From an uncultured Planctomycetales bacterium (GTDB lineage: Bacteria; Planctomycetota; Phycisphaerae; UBA1845; PWPN01): DNA of 64,000 nucleotides. The notes under the pieces are model-generated. The model was given only the letters and a program-made list of their open reading frames with translations, searched no databases and was not told the origin of the DNA. Location of the stretch: positions 14,319 to 78,318 of the forward strand of contig CAZUAQ010000015.1 of NCBI GenBank assembly GCA_964618455.1, in the 5' to 3' direction. Of this stretch, positions 1 to 9,771 are shown piece after piece. The position numbers and the translations under genes were made by a program. How positions within the stretch are numbered: the first letter of the stretch is position 1; each line of letters opens with the position of its first letter.

Positions 1-1063
1 CGAGCAGCATGACCAGCGCCAGGTTGACATACATGCGCCCGGTTCCTTTGCGGTTACCCCCCAGGGGAATGTAGAGGTAGTCGCGCAAGAACGTCGAGAG
101 CGAGATGTGCCATCGCCGCCAGAAGTCGGTGATGCTCGTCGCCCGATACGGCGCGTTGAAGTTGCGTGGAAATTCGAAGCCCACCATCCGCCCGAGTCCG
201 ATGGCCATGTCGGAGTAGCCCGAGAAATCGAAATAGAGTTGGAAGGCGTACGCGATGACGCCGACCCACGCATCGAGCATGTACAGCGAGTCAGCAGCGA
301 AGGCGGCATCGACCAATCCGCCCATCGAGTCGGCCAGAAGCACCTTTTTCGCGAAGCCGATGATGAACAGCGCCGTCCCCGAACTGAATTTCCGGATCGA
401 GTGTTTCCGGTCGACAAGTTGATCGGCGATCGTCTTGTAGCGAACGATCGGCCCGGCGATCAGCTGGGGAAACAGTGCCACATAGCACGCGAAGTCCCAG
501 AACGACTTCACCGGCGGCGACTCCCCCCGGTAGACGTCCACCGAGTAGCTGAGACTCTGGAAGATGTAGAACGAGATTCCCGCCGGGAGCGCGATCTCCC
601 AGATGGAGAAGCCCCCGATGGTCGTCCATTCCATCAACGCGTTGAGGTTGCTCTGGGCGAAGGTGAAATACTTGAAGAAGCCCAGCATTGACAGGCTGCA
701 GATCACGGAAAGCGTCAACGCCGTGCGTGCCCGGGCCGAGCCCCTCGGCGATGTCGCGATGACGTGCCCGCCCAGGTAGTTGACCAGCGTGGCGGCAAGC
801 ATCAGCAGGATAAACCACGGCTCCCACCAGCCGTAAAACGCGTAGCTGACCATCAACAGCAGAAAATTGCGCGTGTCGGGCAGAAAGAAGAAAGCGAGCA
901 CCATCACAGGCAGCCCGTAGAGGAACACCTCGGGATGCCAGTACCCGTAGCCCGCGTAGAAAGCGAGCAGCACGAAGAAGCTGCGCTTGATGGGAATCAC
1001 GAAATAGGCAAACAGAACGGCCGGCAGGAAGTAGAACAGAAAGATCTGGGACGTAAAGACCAT
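1..1063 (-). CDS. MBOAT-family membrane O-acyltransferase (AlgI/DltB/PatA-like); C-terminus cut by the window edge
   Basis: Not in the ORF track because there is no stop inside the window. Reverse translation from the ATG at plus 1061-1063 gives a multi-TM protein, MVFTSQIFLFYFLPAVLF... It ends ...TDFWRRWHISLSTFLRDYLYIPLGGNRKGTGRMYVNLALVMLL, the conserved MBOAT His-motif region. Confidence 0.85.
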   Translation of the reverse strand, partial: MVFTSQIFLFYFLPAVLFAYFVIPIKRSFFVLLAFYAGYGYWHPEVFLYGLPVMVLAFFFLPDTRNFLLLMVSYAFYGWWEPWFILLMLAATLVNYLGGHVIATSPRGSARARTALTLSVICSLSMLGFFKYFTFAQSNLNALMEWTTIGGFSIWEIALPAGISFYIFQSLSYSVDVYRGESPPVKSFWDFACYVALFPQLIAGPIVRYKTIADQLVDRKHSIRKFSSGTALFIIGFAKKVLLADSMGGLVDAAFAADSLYMLDAWVGVIAYAFQLYFDFSGYSDMAIGLGRMVGFEFPRNFNAPYRATSITDFWRRWHISLSTFLRDYLYIPLGGNRKGTGRMYVNLALVMLL

Positions 1064-1142
1064 GCGGATTCACACCATCAAGGTCGAGCCGGCGCACGCT
1101 CAGGCGGGCAGGATGCAGTTTTATTTCAGACAGGAGCCAGGC

Positions 1143-1796
1143 TCACTTGGCGGAATCACTCCACACGGCCCAGTAAATCGTCTCTTCCGGTGGGAGATCC
1201 TTGAAATAATTCAGAATGCCCCCCATGTACCAGTCATCCACGTTGGGCTCAATCGCGAGCAGGTGCGTGTCGCCCAGTTCAATCTTGCGGAGGTTGCCCC
1301 CGATCTCCTTTACACGCGCGTCCGCCACCTTGGCGCGAGGCAGATACGGGTTGTAATGCGCGACGTAAATCTCGTCCCCGTCCAACTCTCCGCGAAGCAC
1401 CTCACCGATCTCATATTTCACGACGTAGGCAAAGTCGTAGCCGATATCACTCGTGGGGAAATCATTGTCGAACTTCTCGAGCCCGGGAATGTCGACGAGC
1501 TTCGCCACGACTTCGATGGACCCATACTTGGCGGTGTCGCGCTCGGACTCCGGAGGCACGGTCACGGCGTCATCACCCGATGTGCCGTCTCCACTGGATG
1601 AAGCCGACTCCGTCCCCGTGACGCTCTCATTGTTGCAACCGAAGCCCCCCGCCAGGACCACGAACCCAATCGCCACACCATTCACGGGACGCAGATACGA
1701 TACGCGTGCAGTCAGTACCGCGACCGTGAGGAAGCGGATCCAGGAATGCATCCCCCGCGCACTAAAGGCACTATCAGCCGTCGACAACACCATCAC
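1143..1796 (-). CDS. hypothetical lipoprotein, exported
   Basis: 217-aa ORF. Hydrophobic leader ends in a lipobox-like VLAGGFGC, followed by an S/G/D-rich linker. Its start overlaps the upstream gene's stop by 4 nt (ATGA). No recognisable family motif. Confidence 0.6.
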   Translation of the reverse strand: MMVLSTADSAFSARGMHSWIRFLTVAVLTARVSYLRPVNGVAIGFVVLAGGFGCNNESVTGTESASSSGDGTSGDDAVTVPPESERDTAKYGSIEVVAKLVDIPGLEKFDNDFPTSDIGYDFAYVVKYEIGEVLRGELDGDEIYVAHYNPYLPRAKVADARVKEIGGNLRKIELGDTHLLAIEPNVDDWYMGGILNYFKDLPPEETIYWAVWSDSAK

Positions 1797-2926
1797 GATC
1801 CTTCCTTCGCCACCTTCGGGCGACCCCGTTCGATCTCGGCATACGTCCAGTGCGGCTCCCAGCCGGAAGGCAGTGGCACGAGCACGGGCTCCTTCACCTC
1901 CTTGTGCACTTCGCGCAGCGCCTTGCTCTCACCGCCGATGGCGGGGGCATTCGAGGTACGCATCAGGAACATCGGGGCGCCGTCCTTTTCCGACTCCCCC
2001 CCATCCTGCTTCGACGCCGTAAAGAGAATGTACTTGCTGTCCGGCGACGTCGCGCCGCCGTAGATATGCCGTCCGTCTTCGCCGTAGACCAGCATTTTGT
2101 CCGAGCCGTCCCCGTTCGCGATCCACAGCTGCGTCCAGCCGTAGCCTTCCTGGTTGCCGGGACGATGCGAGAAAATGATTCGCTTGGAGTCCATCACCCA
2201 GTCAGGCGTGCAGTTCTGATAGGAGTTCACCGGGTTGATCTTCCCAGACTCGACATGGATGCGGGCCACCGTCCAGCTCTCCCCGAAGTGATTCGTCACG
2301 CCGCAGAGCCATTTCCCGTCCGGCGACCATCCGAGCTGCTGGTAGATTCCCTGGCGCGGCAGTGTGCCGACAATCCGTGCCGACGCCAGATCCACCGAGT
2401 GAATTCCCTTGGGCGTCAGGCACGCGATGCGTTGATCGTCCGGCGACCAGGTCGCCCACGCGAAATCGCCCGGCCGCCCGATCGGTTCAGGATTCGTGCC
2501 GTCGGCATCGGCAATGACGACCTGCCCCTGGAACCCCCAGCGGTCATGATCGATCTTGGCATCCGGCTCGAGTCGCCGGTAGAGGAGCTTGGTACCGTCG
2601 TAGGAAAATCGCGGCGCGGCTTCACTCGCCTTCGGTGTGTTCGTGATGTTCGTCAACTGCGAGCCGTCCGGCCGCATAAGGTAGAGATCCCAGTCCCCTT
2701 TCTCGCTACGTTTGGAAAACGCAATCCAGCCCCGCTGGGCCACTTCATCCGCCAGCGCCTTCTGTTTCAGCGTCAACTTCGCGGGGACCCTGCCTTCCTG
2801 GCCGTGGGCTTCAGCCGCCCCTGTGTTTTCCGACGCATCTGAAACCGGATCCCTGTCAGCCCCCAGGGAGGGGGAGATCAGGCTGGCAAGTACGCCGATC
2901 AACAGCCATCTCATGAATCCATGCAT
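1793..2926 (-). CDS. TolB-like periplasmic beta-propeller protein (PD40/WD40-like repeats)
   Basis: Repeated motifs such as SPDGKW, SPDDQRIA and SPDSKYILFTAS with DG[ST]..L periodicity. Start trimmed to MHGFMRWLLIGVLASLISPSLGA (signal peptide), which is preceded by GAAGGAGA. Confidence 0.8.
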   Translation of the reverse strand: MHGFMRWLLIGVLASLISPSLGADRDPVSDASENTGAAEAHGQEGRVPAKLTLKQKALADEVAQRGWIAFSKRSEKGDWDLYLMRPDGSQLTNITNTPKASEAAPRFSYDGTKLLYRRLEPDAKIDHDRWGFQGQVVIADADGTNPEPIGRPGDFAWATWSPDDQRIACLTPKGIHSVDLASARIVGTLPRQGIYQQLGWSPDGKWLCGVTNHFGESWTVARIHVESGKINPVNSYQNCTPDWVMDSKRIIFSHRPGNQEGYGWTQLWIANGDGSDKMLVYGEDGRHIYGGATSPDSKYILFTASKQDGGESEKDGAPMFLMRTSNAPAIGGESKALREVHKEVKEPVLVPLPSGWEPHWTYAEIERGRPKVAKEGS

Positions 2927-3027
2927 GGTGTCTCCTTCATCCGGCCGGCTCGGGGCCATAGCGGATGTTATAGGCTTTTAGTGGTCTACATGGAAGGCCC
3001 GGACAGCCTTGCCGATTCTGCGTACAC

Positions 3028-3765
3028 CTACCACTGGGCTTCCTCGAAAGCCCCCAGGCGCCCTTTCGGCTTTGGCTGCGGCCGCATCTTGATGATGGCG
3101 TTGGCAAGGGATTGATCGGGCTTGGCGGTGACTTTCAGGTTCGTGAAGTCCGATTCCACCACGGCCACCGGCTGCCCCGAGCGTTCAACGAGCTGGGCAT
3201 CATCGGTGATGGGCTCCTCCGACTCGTCCCGGGTGCCGTAGGCCTTCTCGATGAGATCTTTCTTGAACACCTGCGGTGTCTGCGCTTCCCAGAGTCCTTC
3301 CCGAGGCACCGTTGCATCCACGATGCCCGCGTCGCCGACTTTCTTGATGGTGCCACGTAACGGCGCCGCCAGAATGGCCGCCCCACTCTTGGCCGCCTCG
3401 GCAAATACATCGTCAATCATCTTCTGCGACACGCAGGGCCGTGCCGCATCATGAATCGCCACCAGCGCAACGTCCTCGGGAACTGCCTCGAGCCCCTTGG
3501 CCACCGAATCATGCCGTTCATCACCGCCGATCACCAGCTTCACGCCCATGAACCCGAGATTCGCCCCGTACTTGGACTTCACGGTCTCTTCATCCTCCGG
3601 CGCGATGACCAGGATGGTGGATGCCACATCTTCCCTGTTGATAAAGTGCTGAATCGTCCGGAGAAACATGGGCTGGCCGTCGATCTTGGCGAACGTTTTC
3701 TTTTCATTGCCGCCGAAACGCTCGCCCTTGCCTGCCGCCACGATAATCACTGCGACTTTTTCCAT
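3028..3765 (-). CDS. ispD: 2-C-methyl-D-erythritol 4-phosphate cytidylyltransferase
   Basis: N-terminus VAVIIVAAGKGERFGG..KK matches the IspD P-loop-like motif. Length 245 aa. Also ...VAIHDAARPC... Confidence 0.9.
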   Translation of the reverse strand: MEKVAVIIVAAGKGERFGGNEKKTFAKIDGQPMFLRTIQHFINREDVASTILVIAPEDEETVKSKYGANLGFMGVKLVIGGDERHDSVAKGLEAVPEDVALVAIHDAARPCVSQKMIDDVFAEAAKSGAAILAAPLRGTIKKVGDAGIVDATVPREGLWEAQTPQVFKKDLIEKAYGTRDESEEPITDDAQLVERSGQPVAVVESDFTNLKVTAKPDQSLANAIIKMRPQPKPKGRLGAFEEAQW

Positions 3766-4000
3766 GGTTCGGCCCTCGCCATCGGTCTCTGCACGGTCGA
3801 AAACGGTATTTCCGGCTGCTGACTTACGCCCTCGGAACTCACCTTATCGCCCGTGTCCGACGGCTTCAAGCAACCTGTGGAATTTCGATTCGGAGAAGGT
3901 TTTCACATGCTTGGGATCGACCCTCGGGAGACGTTGCGCCGTCATGCGGCAACGTGCGGGCATGCCAGAGGTGATCCGCGTTGGTACACTGATCGGGATC

Positions 4001-5143
4001 ATGCTGACCTTCACACTGAACTCCCGCGAACCCGACGGCCCGGCGCGGGTCGGAACCATCCAGACCCCCCATGGTGAAGTCCGCACGCCTGCGTTCATGC
4101 CCGTCGGGACACGCGCCACCGTCAAGGGCGTGCTTCCCGATCAGGTTCGCGATTCCGGAGCGGACATACTCTTGGGAAACACGTACCACCTGGCCCAGCG
4201 ACCGGGAGCGGAACTGGTCTTCGAGATGGGCGGACTGCATGATTTCATGAGCTGGAACGGACCGATCCTGACCGACAGCGGCGGTTACCAGGTCTTCTCG
4301 CTGGCGGAGTTGAACAAGATCACGGACGAAGGCGTCACGTTCCGGTCGCACATCGACGGGAAGTGGCTGACGCTGACACCGAAATCCGCCACACAGATTC
4401 AGAATCTTCTCGGGGCGGACATCATCATGGCTCTCGACGAGTGCCCCCCGGGTCAGGCTGATCATGCCACCGCCGCCAGAGCCGTTGAACGGACCGTTCG
4501 CTGGGCACAGGAATGCCGGGACGCGCATACACGCGAGGATCAGGCCCTGTTCGGCATCGTTCAGGGTGGAGCACACCACGATTTGCGTCTGAACTGCGCC
4601 GAACGTCTCATCGAACTCGAATTTCCCGGCTATGCCATCGGCGGCCTGTCCGTGGGAGAACCGTTCGAGGTGATGGTGGAGGTGCTCCGGGAGGTCACCC
4701 CCCGCCTGCCGCAGAAAAAACCCCGCTACCTGATGGGTGTGGGCATGCCCCGGGACATCCTGGCAGCGGTCCGGGCGGGTGTGGATATGTTCGATTGCGT
4801 GCTGCCGACGCGAAACGGCCGAAACGCCTACGCCTTCACACGGACCGGCAGCATCCGGCTTCGGAATGAAAAATACCGGCGGGATCCGGACCCGCTGGAG
4901 GCGGACTGCCCTTGTCCAGCGTGCCGGAATTTCAGCCGGGCGTACCTGCGGCACCTTTTTCTGGTCAAGGAGATGCTTGGGCCCATGCTGGTGACGCTGC
5001 ATAACCTCTGGTTTTATCAACGTTTCATGGCCCGTTTGCGCGACTTGATTCCGGAGGGGGATTGGGGGACGATGCTGCGAGATTTCCCTGTCGCTTCTTC
5101 GGAAAAGGCGGGGCACCCCCTGACAGGAGATTCGTTCGAATGA
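4001..5143 (+). CDS. tgt: queuine tRNA-ribosyltransferase
   Basis: ARVGTIQTPHGEVRTPAFMPVGTRATVKG...LGNTYHL...DECP...GLSVGE, plus a C-terminal Zn site CxCxxC (CPCPAC). Start trimmed to the ATG at 4001; the upstream part of the track ORF is antisense to ispD. Confidence 0.9.
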   Translation: MLTFTLNSREPDGPARVGTIQTPHGEVRTPAFMPVGTRATVKGVLPDQVRDSGADILLGNTYHLAQRPGAELVFEMGGLHDFMSWNGPILTDSGGYQVFSLAELNKITDEGVTFRSHIDGKWLTLTPKSATQIQNLLGADIIMALDECPPGQADHATAARAVERTVRWAQECRDAHTREDQALFGIVQGGAHHDLRLNCAERLIELEFPGYAIGGLSVGEPFEVMVEVLREVTPRLPQKKPRYLMGVGMPRDILAAVRAGVDMFDCVLPTRNGRNAYAFTRTGSIRLRNEKYRRDPDPLEADCPCPACRNFSRAYLRHLFLVKEMLGPMLVTLHNLWFYQRFMARLRDLIPEGDWGTMLRDFPVASSEKAGHPLTGDSFE

Positions 5144-5478
5144 TGCATCCGCTGTTCGGTATCCGTATGCTCGCTCAAGGAGGAGGTTCCTCCAACGGCG
5201 GCGGCTTCTGGATCGGTCTGATTCTGATGATGGGCGTGTTCTACTTCATCATGCTCAGTGGCACGCGCAAAGACAAGAAGCGTCAGGAGATGCTCGCCAA
5301 CCTGAAAAAAAGCGACCGGGTCATGACCAAAGGCGGGATCCTGGGTTCAGTGGTCAGCGTGAACGAGCAGGAGGTGACGCTCAAGGTGGATGAATCGGCC
5401 AACGTGAAGATCACCGTGGTACGTTCGGCGATTCAGACGGTGCTGTCTGAAGGGGAGAAACCGGCCGAGGTTCCTTGA
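5140..5478 (+). CDS. yajC: preprotein translocase subunit YajC
   Basis: Single TM segment (FWIGLILMMGVFYFIML), then RKDKKRQEML..LKKSDRVMTKGGILGSVVSV. The ATGA overlap with the tgt stop fits the conserved tgt-yajC pairing. Confidence 0.85.
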   Translation: MMHPLFGIRMLAQGGGSSNGGGFWIGLILMMGVFYFIMLSGTRKDKKRQEMLANLKKSDRVMTKGGILGSVVSVNEQEVTLKVDESANVKITVVRSAIQTVLSEGEKPAEVP

Positions 5479-5976
5479 TCGCGCCCGGAAGAAACCCGTG
5501 AAATGTGACTCTCGCCGGAGTACAATGGACATCGCCGCAGTGCATGTAAAAGCTTGCGGTGAAAGCATCTGCGGTCAGGCATGTGGTGTCTGGCCGACCG
5601 TGGAGGCGGGGTCCGGTAAGATCGATGACGAAAGGACGGTGATCGCCGTCCCGGGTTCCGCCGGCGGTGGATCATGAGCGAGGAGAGCGATTGCGCTGCC
5701 CACCTCAGACCTGATGGACAGGGGACTCAATCGCGGCATTCGAATGCGGAGACCGTTCCCGTTCGGTCCGCGTAAATCGTGCCCTCGAACCGAGATAAGT
5801 TCCCATAACGGGGCTTTTCGCACGTTGACGTGAAACCTGGTTGCCGTGAACAATGGGTACGCACCAGGGAAATGAAGCAGACTCAGGGATCTGAAGAAGG
5901 TCGTTCGTTTGCGGGGGGAGCGGGGAAGAAGCCTCGACGTCGCAGCGGATGGAGTGAATCACCTTTGGAGTTGACC

Positions 5977-8900
5977 ATGAAGAAGACGTATTCCCGATCC
6001 GGACGTGGGTTGGTGTTGATTCTCGGATTGGGCCTCATTCTGCCCCTTTTGGCGGGCCAGGGATGCCCGATGGGAGCGGGAAGTGCTCCGGTCGTGACCA
6101 TCGTCGCGCCGTCAGTCAGTCAGACGGTTGCCATCGGTACTTCTCAGACGCTGGTCTACACTGTTACCAATCCAGGCGACGGTGATATCACCATCAGCGC
6201 ATTCTATGACCGTGACGGCCAGGCGAGCACCGGTGACGAGGTCGGCTTCGCGACAAACCTCCCCGCCGGTTCGAACCAGAGTGCTACGCTTGATACCTCG
6301 GGTCTCGACGAGGGACAGTTGTATCTCGGCATCGTGGCGGTCAACAGCTCCGGCACGACCGTGGCCTACGCCTCGGGGGTTCCCACGTTGACGACACAGG
6401 ACGCCGGCCAGGATCAGCCTGACGGTGATGGCAGCACGGGCAATGATGGTATCGTTGGCGGTATCGGCAGCGGCGGTGATGAGGACGATTTCGACGGTGA
6501 TGCGGGCGACGATGGAAGCGGCGGAACGACCGGCCAGCTCCTGGTCATGACTGCTCCCGGCGCGGATCTCAAGGTGATTCGCGGCACGACCTTCACGATT
6601 CGCTGGCGCACCAAGCTGCGTCTGGGCGAAGGCGTGATCAACGTTTTCCGCGAGCCGGATGCCGACCAGAACCGCAAGCCGGACGGTGCGGGTTCACGCG
6701 TGGTGCTGAGCCAGGCGGGTCTCGATGCCAGCACGCTGGAGTTTGATTTCGACACCAGCGGTCTGACGGGCACGCAATTCATCGGGGCGACGGTCATTCC
6801 CGAAGATGACGAGGAAGACCCGGTCACGGAGTACGCCCCGGGCACGCTGACCATCACACCGCCGCTGTTCTGGGTGGGCGACCTGGTCACCAAGTTCGAC
6901 GACGACGGCGACGCGCTGCCGCTTCCCGGCCCGATGGAGGGCGCACTCTTCGAAGGCGTGAACAACGGCGACAACATGGGCAGCACGATGCTCTCCGCGC
7001 CGGACTTTAACGGTGACGGTCTTGACGAGGTCCTGTTGGGCAGCCAGTACGCCAAGCCCGGCTTCCAGGCCGCTGGAGGCCGTGGAGCCGGCGAAGCATA
7101 CCTGTTCTACGCACAGGGCGGGCGTGGCCTCCTGGGGACGATCAAGGCTAACCAGGCGGGCGATCTGGATCTCCCCGGCCTGATCTTCCAGGGCATTTTC
7201 CCGAATCCGAATCCGAGCTTTGCCCAGCAAGGCAACCGCCTGATGGATCTGGTCGCCGATGTTCCGGCCGCGCCTTTCGCGTCGGAAGGCCTGCGTTCGA
7301 TCATTCGAATTCCGGACCAGGATGGCGATGGTATCGAGGAACTGGTCTTCAGCTTCCCGTTCGTGGATTCGTACAGCCTGTCGTTCCAGATCTCGGACGG
7401 GTATCACCCCTCCCCGCTGATCGGTCTCGGTCGACTTGAAAACAACGGCCAGTTCATGCGTGGCGGTGCGATCATCGTGTCGAGTACGAACTCCCTGTTG
7501 AACGATGAAGAGGAGTTCAGCCGTCACGGCGATCGCACGATGATGCTTCAGGAGGTAGGCCAGGTCTTCGACGTCATGTCGCAGCGGTATTCACCGCGAT
7601 CCGCGCTGGATGCCGAGGGCGGCGACTTCGGCGGTGTGCCGGCCTTGATCGACGCATGCCCGCGTACGCTGTGTGACGACGAACCTCCGGGTGACGGCGA
7701 GCTGGATATATCGATCTTCCCGGGCGAGGGCTTCGTTCAGGATACGCTGACCGAGTCGACGTTCCCGATTTTCGCGTTGCCGGATCAGAACGAGCAGACC
7801 CCGGGCAGCTCGGCGCAAATCTCCGAGAATTACTTCGGCATCGGGGCGCCGCGCCTGGCGGATCCTGTGCCCTCCTTCGAATTGCGTATCGCGTTTGGAG
7901 AATTCCTGCTGACCTCGCAGATTGATCTTCCCCCTTCGATTCTCGGTGGGCGGGAATTCGATGGCTGCATCTCCGACACGATCGACAACCAGGGAAATCC
8001 CGTCGCCCCATTCGGGCTCTATCCGCCCAGCGGTTATCTGCGCGTCGGTGGCTCCGGCTTCTACTATGACGAATTGCCCGTGCTTGGGCCGGAAGTCTGT
8101 CAGCCGACGATCATCTCGCCTTACAGTGATTACTGCCCGGCGAATCGTATCTCCGACCCCGTGGAGCCGATCGGAGCGCGTATTCTCGGCCAGATCAACC
8201 AGAAGTCGCCGACCAATCCCATCTCACGCGAGATCGTTCCCAACCGCTTCGGCCACAGCATGGCGGTCTCGGGAGAGTTCCTGCTGATCGGCACGCCTGA
8301 TCGCACGGTCGAAAAAGGCGACGTGACGGCGATTCGCAACAACCCGTCGCTCGGCAATCGCGAGAGCAGCGGCGAGATCTACATGCTGCAGATGGTCAAG
8401 CCGACGCTGCCGCAGTCGTTCAACCTTTGGGATTCGCAAAACGACGTGACGCAGCCTGCACCCCATCAATACATCATCCAGGACATCGGCTACACGCGGT
8501 GCGAGAGCCCGTTCATGCAACCGGGTGATGCGGCTTTCGAGATGGCCCGGCCGTTCCACATTGTGGGCGCCGCGCCCGGTGATCGCATCGGGGACGTCAC
8601 GAGTCTTGAGGACATGAACCGTGACGGTGTCGAGGACATCGCGGTAGGCGGTTCCGGCACGAACGGTGACCGCGGCAGCATTTACGTGATCTATCGCCGA
8701 CAGCCGGAACTCGAGGCGGATTACCTGCTGGAGAACCTGCACATCTCGCCGAGCAGCCTGGATCGCCTGAACGGCTTGTACATCGTCGGTCGTCCGGGTG
8801 AGCGTCTCGGCACTGCCATGGCCGGTGGTGGCGATTTCAACGATGACGGCTCGCCGGATCTGCTGATCGGCAGTCCGACAGTGACAGGCGCGGCCGGCTT

Positions 8901-9531
8901 CGAGTCGGGCGAGGTGTTCATCTACTTCGGCGGCACGAACCTGTTGAGCCCGGAGGGCGGCATCACGATTCCCGAACTTCGCGACATGGACTACGGCATG
9001 GTGCTGGCGGGTGCCTCGCGTGAGGACCATGCCGGGACGACCGTGGCCGACGCCGGCGACGTCAACGGTGATGGAATCAACGACATCCTGATCGCCGCTC
9101 CCGATGCCAGCCCGATGTTCGACAGCACGGGCAACGGTCAGGCGGATGCGATCGGCATCGACCTGAACGGCGACCTTCTGGCGGATGATCTCGATAAAGA
9201 CGGCGATCCCGACGACTTGACGGACGCGGGCCTGGTCTACATCGTGTTCGGTGGTCGTCATCTCACCGGGAACATCAACCTGCGTGAGATCGGCACGGAT
9301 AATCTTCCGGGTCTGACGATCGTGGGTCGCCAGGGTGGCGATCACCTGGGTGGAGGCCGGACGCAGAACGGTCTGCTGTCGCGCGGCGTGGCGCCGGCGG
9401 GTGACGTGGACGGCGATGGCCTTTCGGATATCTTCGTCAGCTCGGTTCTGGCGGATCCGGACGGCAAGACGAACGCCGGTGAAATCTACCTGCTTTACGG
9501 CGGGTTTGAACTCGACTCAAGCGACGACTGA
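5977..9531 (+). CDS. large exported FG-GAP (integrin-alpha-like) beta-propeller repeat protein
   Basis: Signal peptide MKKTYSRSGRGLVLILGLGLILPLLAG after GGAG. Repeated Ca-binding FG-GAP motifs: DFNGDGLDEVLLGS, DQDGDGIEELVF, DMNRDGVEDIAVGG, DFNDDGSPDLLIGS, DVNGDGINDILIAA, DVDGDGLSDIFVSS. Confidence 0.85.
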   Translation: MKKTYSRSGRGLVLILGLGLILPLLAGQGCPMGAGSAPVVTIVAPSVSQTVAIGTSQTLVYTVTNPGDGDITISAFYDRDGQASTGDEVGFATNLPAGSNQSATLDTSGLDEGQLYLGIVAVNSSGTTVAYASGVPTLTTQDAGQDQPDGDGSTGNDGIVGGIGSGGDEDDFDGDAGDDGSGGTTGQLLVMTAPGADLKVIRGTTFTIRWRTKLRLGEGVINVFREPDADQNRKPDGAGSRVVLSQAGLDASTLEFDFDTSGLTGTQFIGATVIPEDDEEDPVTEYAPGTLTITPPLFWVGDLVTKFDDDGDALPLPGPMEGALFEGVNNGDNMGSTMLSAPDFNGDGLDEVLLGSQYAKPGFQAAGGRGAGEAYLFYAQGGRGLLGTIKANQAGDLDLPGLIFQGIFPNPNPSFAQQGNRLMDLVADVPAAPFASEGLRSIIRIPDQDGDGIEELVFSFPFVDSYSLSFQISDGYHPSPLIGLGRLENNGQFMRGGAIIVSSTNSLLNDEEEFSRHGDRTMMLQEVGQVFDVMSQRYSPRSALDAEGGDFGGVPALIDACPRTLCDDEPPGDGELDISIFPGEGFVQDTLTESTFPIFALPDQNEQTPGSSAQISENYFGIGAPRLADPVPSFELRIAFGEFLLTSQIDLPPSILGGREFDGCISDTIDNQGNPVAPFGLYPPSGYLRVGGSGFYYDELPVLGPEVCQPTIISPYSDYCPANRISDPVEPIGARILGQINQKSPTNPISREIVPNRFGHSMAVSGEFLLIGTPDRTVEKGDVTAIRNNPSLGNRESSGEIYMLQMVKPTLPQSFNLWDSQNDVTQPAPHQYIIQDIGYTRCESPFMQPGDAAFEMARPFHIVGAAPGDRIGDVTSLEDMNRDGVEDIAVGGSGTNGDRGSIYVIYRRQPELEADYLLENLHISPSSLDRLNGLYIVGRPGERLGTAMAGGGDFNDDGSPDLLIGSPTVTGAAGFESGEVFIYFGGTNLLSPEGGITIPELRDMDYGMVLAGASREDHAGTTVADAGDVNGDGINDILIAAPDASPMFDSTGNGQADAIGIDLNGDLLADDLDKDGDPDDLTDAGLVYIVFGGRHLTGNINLREIGTDNLPGLTIVGRQGGDHLGGGRTQNGLLSRGVAPAGDVDGDGLSDIFVSSVLADPDGKTNAGEIYLLYGGFELDSSDD

Positions 9532-9626
9532 CGAGCGTCGATGACGAGAGTGCAGGAGTGTCGCGCGGGTGGGGTCGGTCGCATCACGACATCCCCCACC
9601 GCCATCGGCGGTACCCATGAGTGATT

Positions 9627-9649
9627 CCACGTATCGCAGCGATACGTGG
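9627..9649. promoter_or_regulatory. 23-bp perfect palindrome in the FG-GAP/S8 intergenic spacer (candidate operator or stem-loop)
   Basis: ccacgtatcgc-a-gcgatacgtgg is self-complementary around a central A. No U-tract follows. Confidence 0.3.
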
Positions 9650-9771
9650 TCCGGTTGAAGACGGTCACGCCATAAGCTTCCCCACCCCGTCGCGGATGGC
9701 GGGGCAGGACAAGCGCAATCTTAGATGCCCGCCTGATGGCGTGGCTCCACAACCTTGGACAGGTGAAGTTC

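Noticed and set aside
3866-5116. Long antisense ORFs opposite confirmed genes, for example 3866-5116(-), 8224-9345(-), 24248-25327(-), 26779-28044(-), 49233-50669(-), 51009-51938(-), 62414-63589(-), 10464-12300 (several), 45513-46604(+) and 47791-48630(-)
   Set aside because: These are typical high-GC shadow ORFs. Their translations are R/G/P/A-rich with no motifs, and each overlaps a gene with strong family signatures on the other strand.
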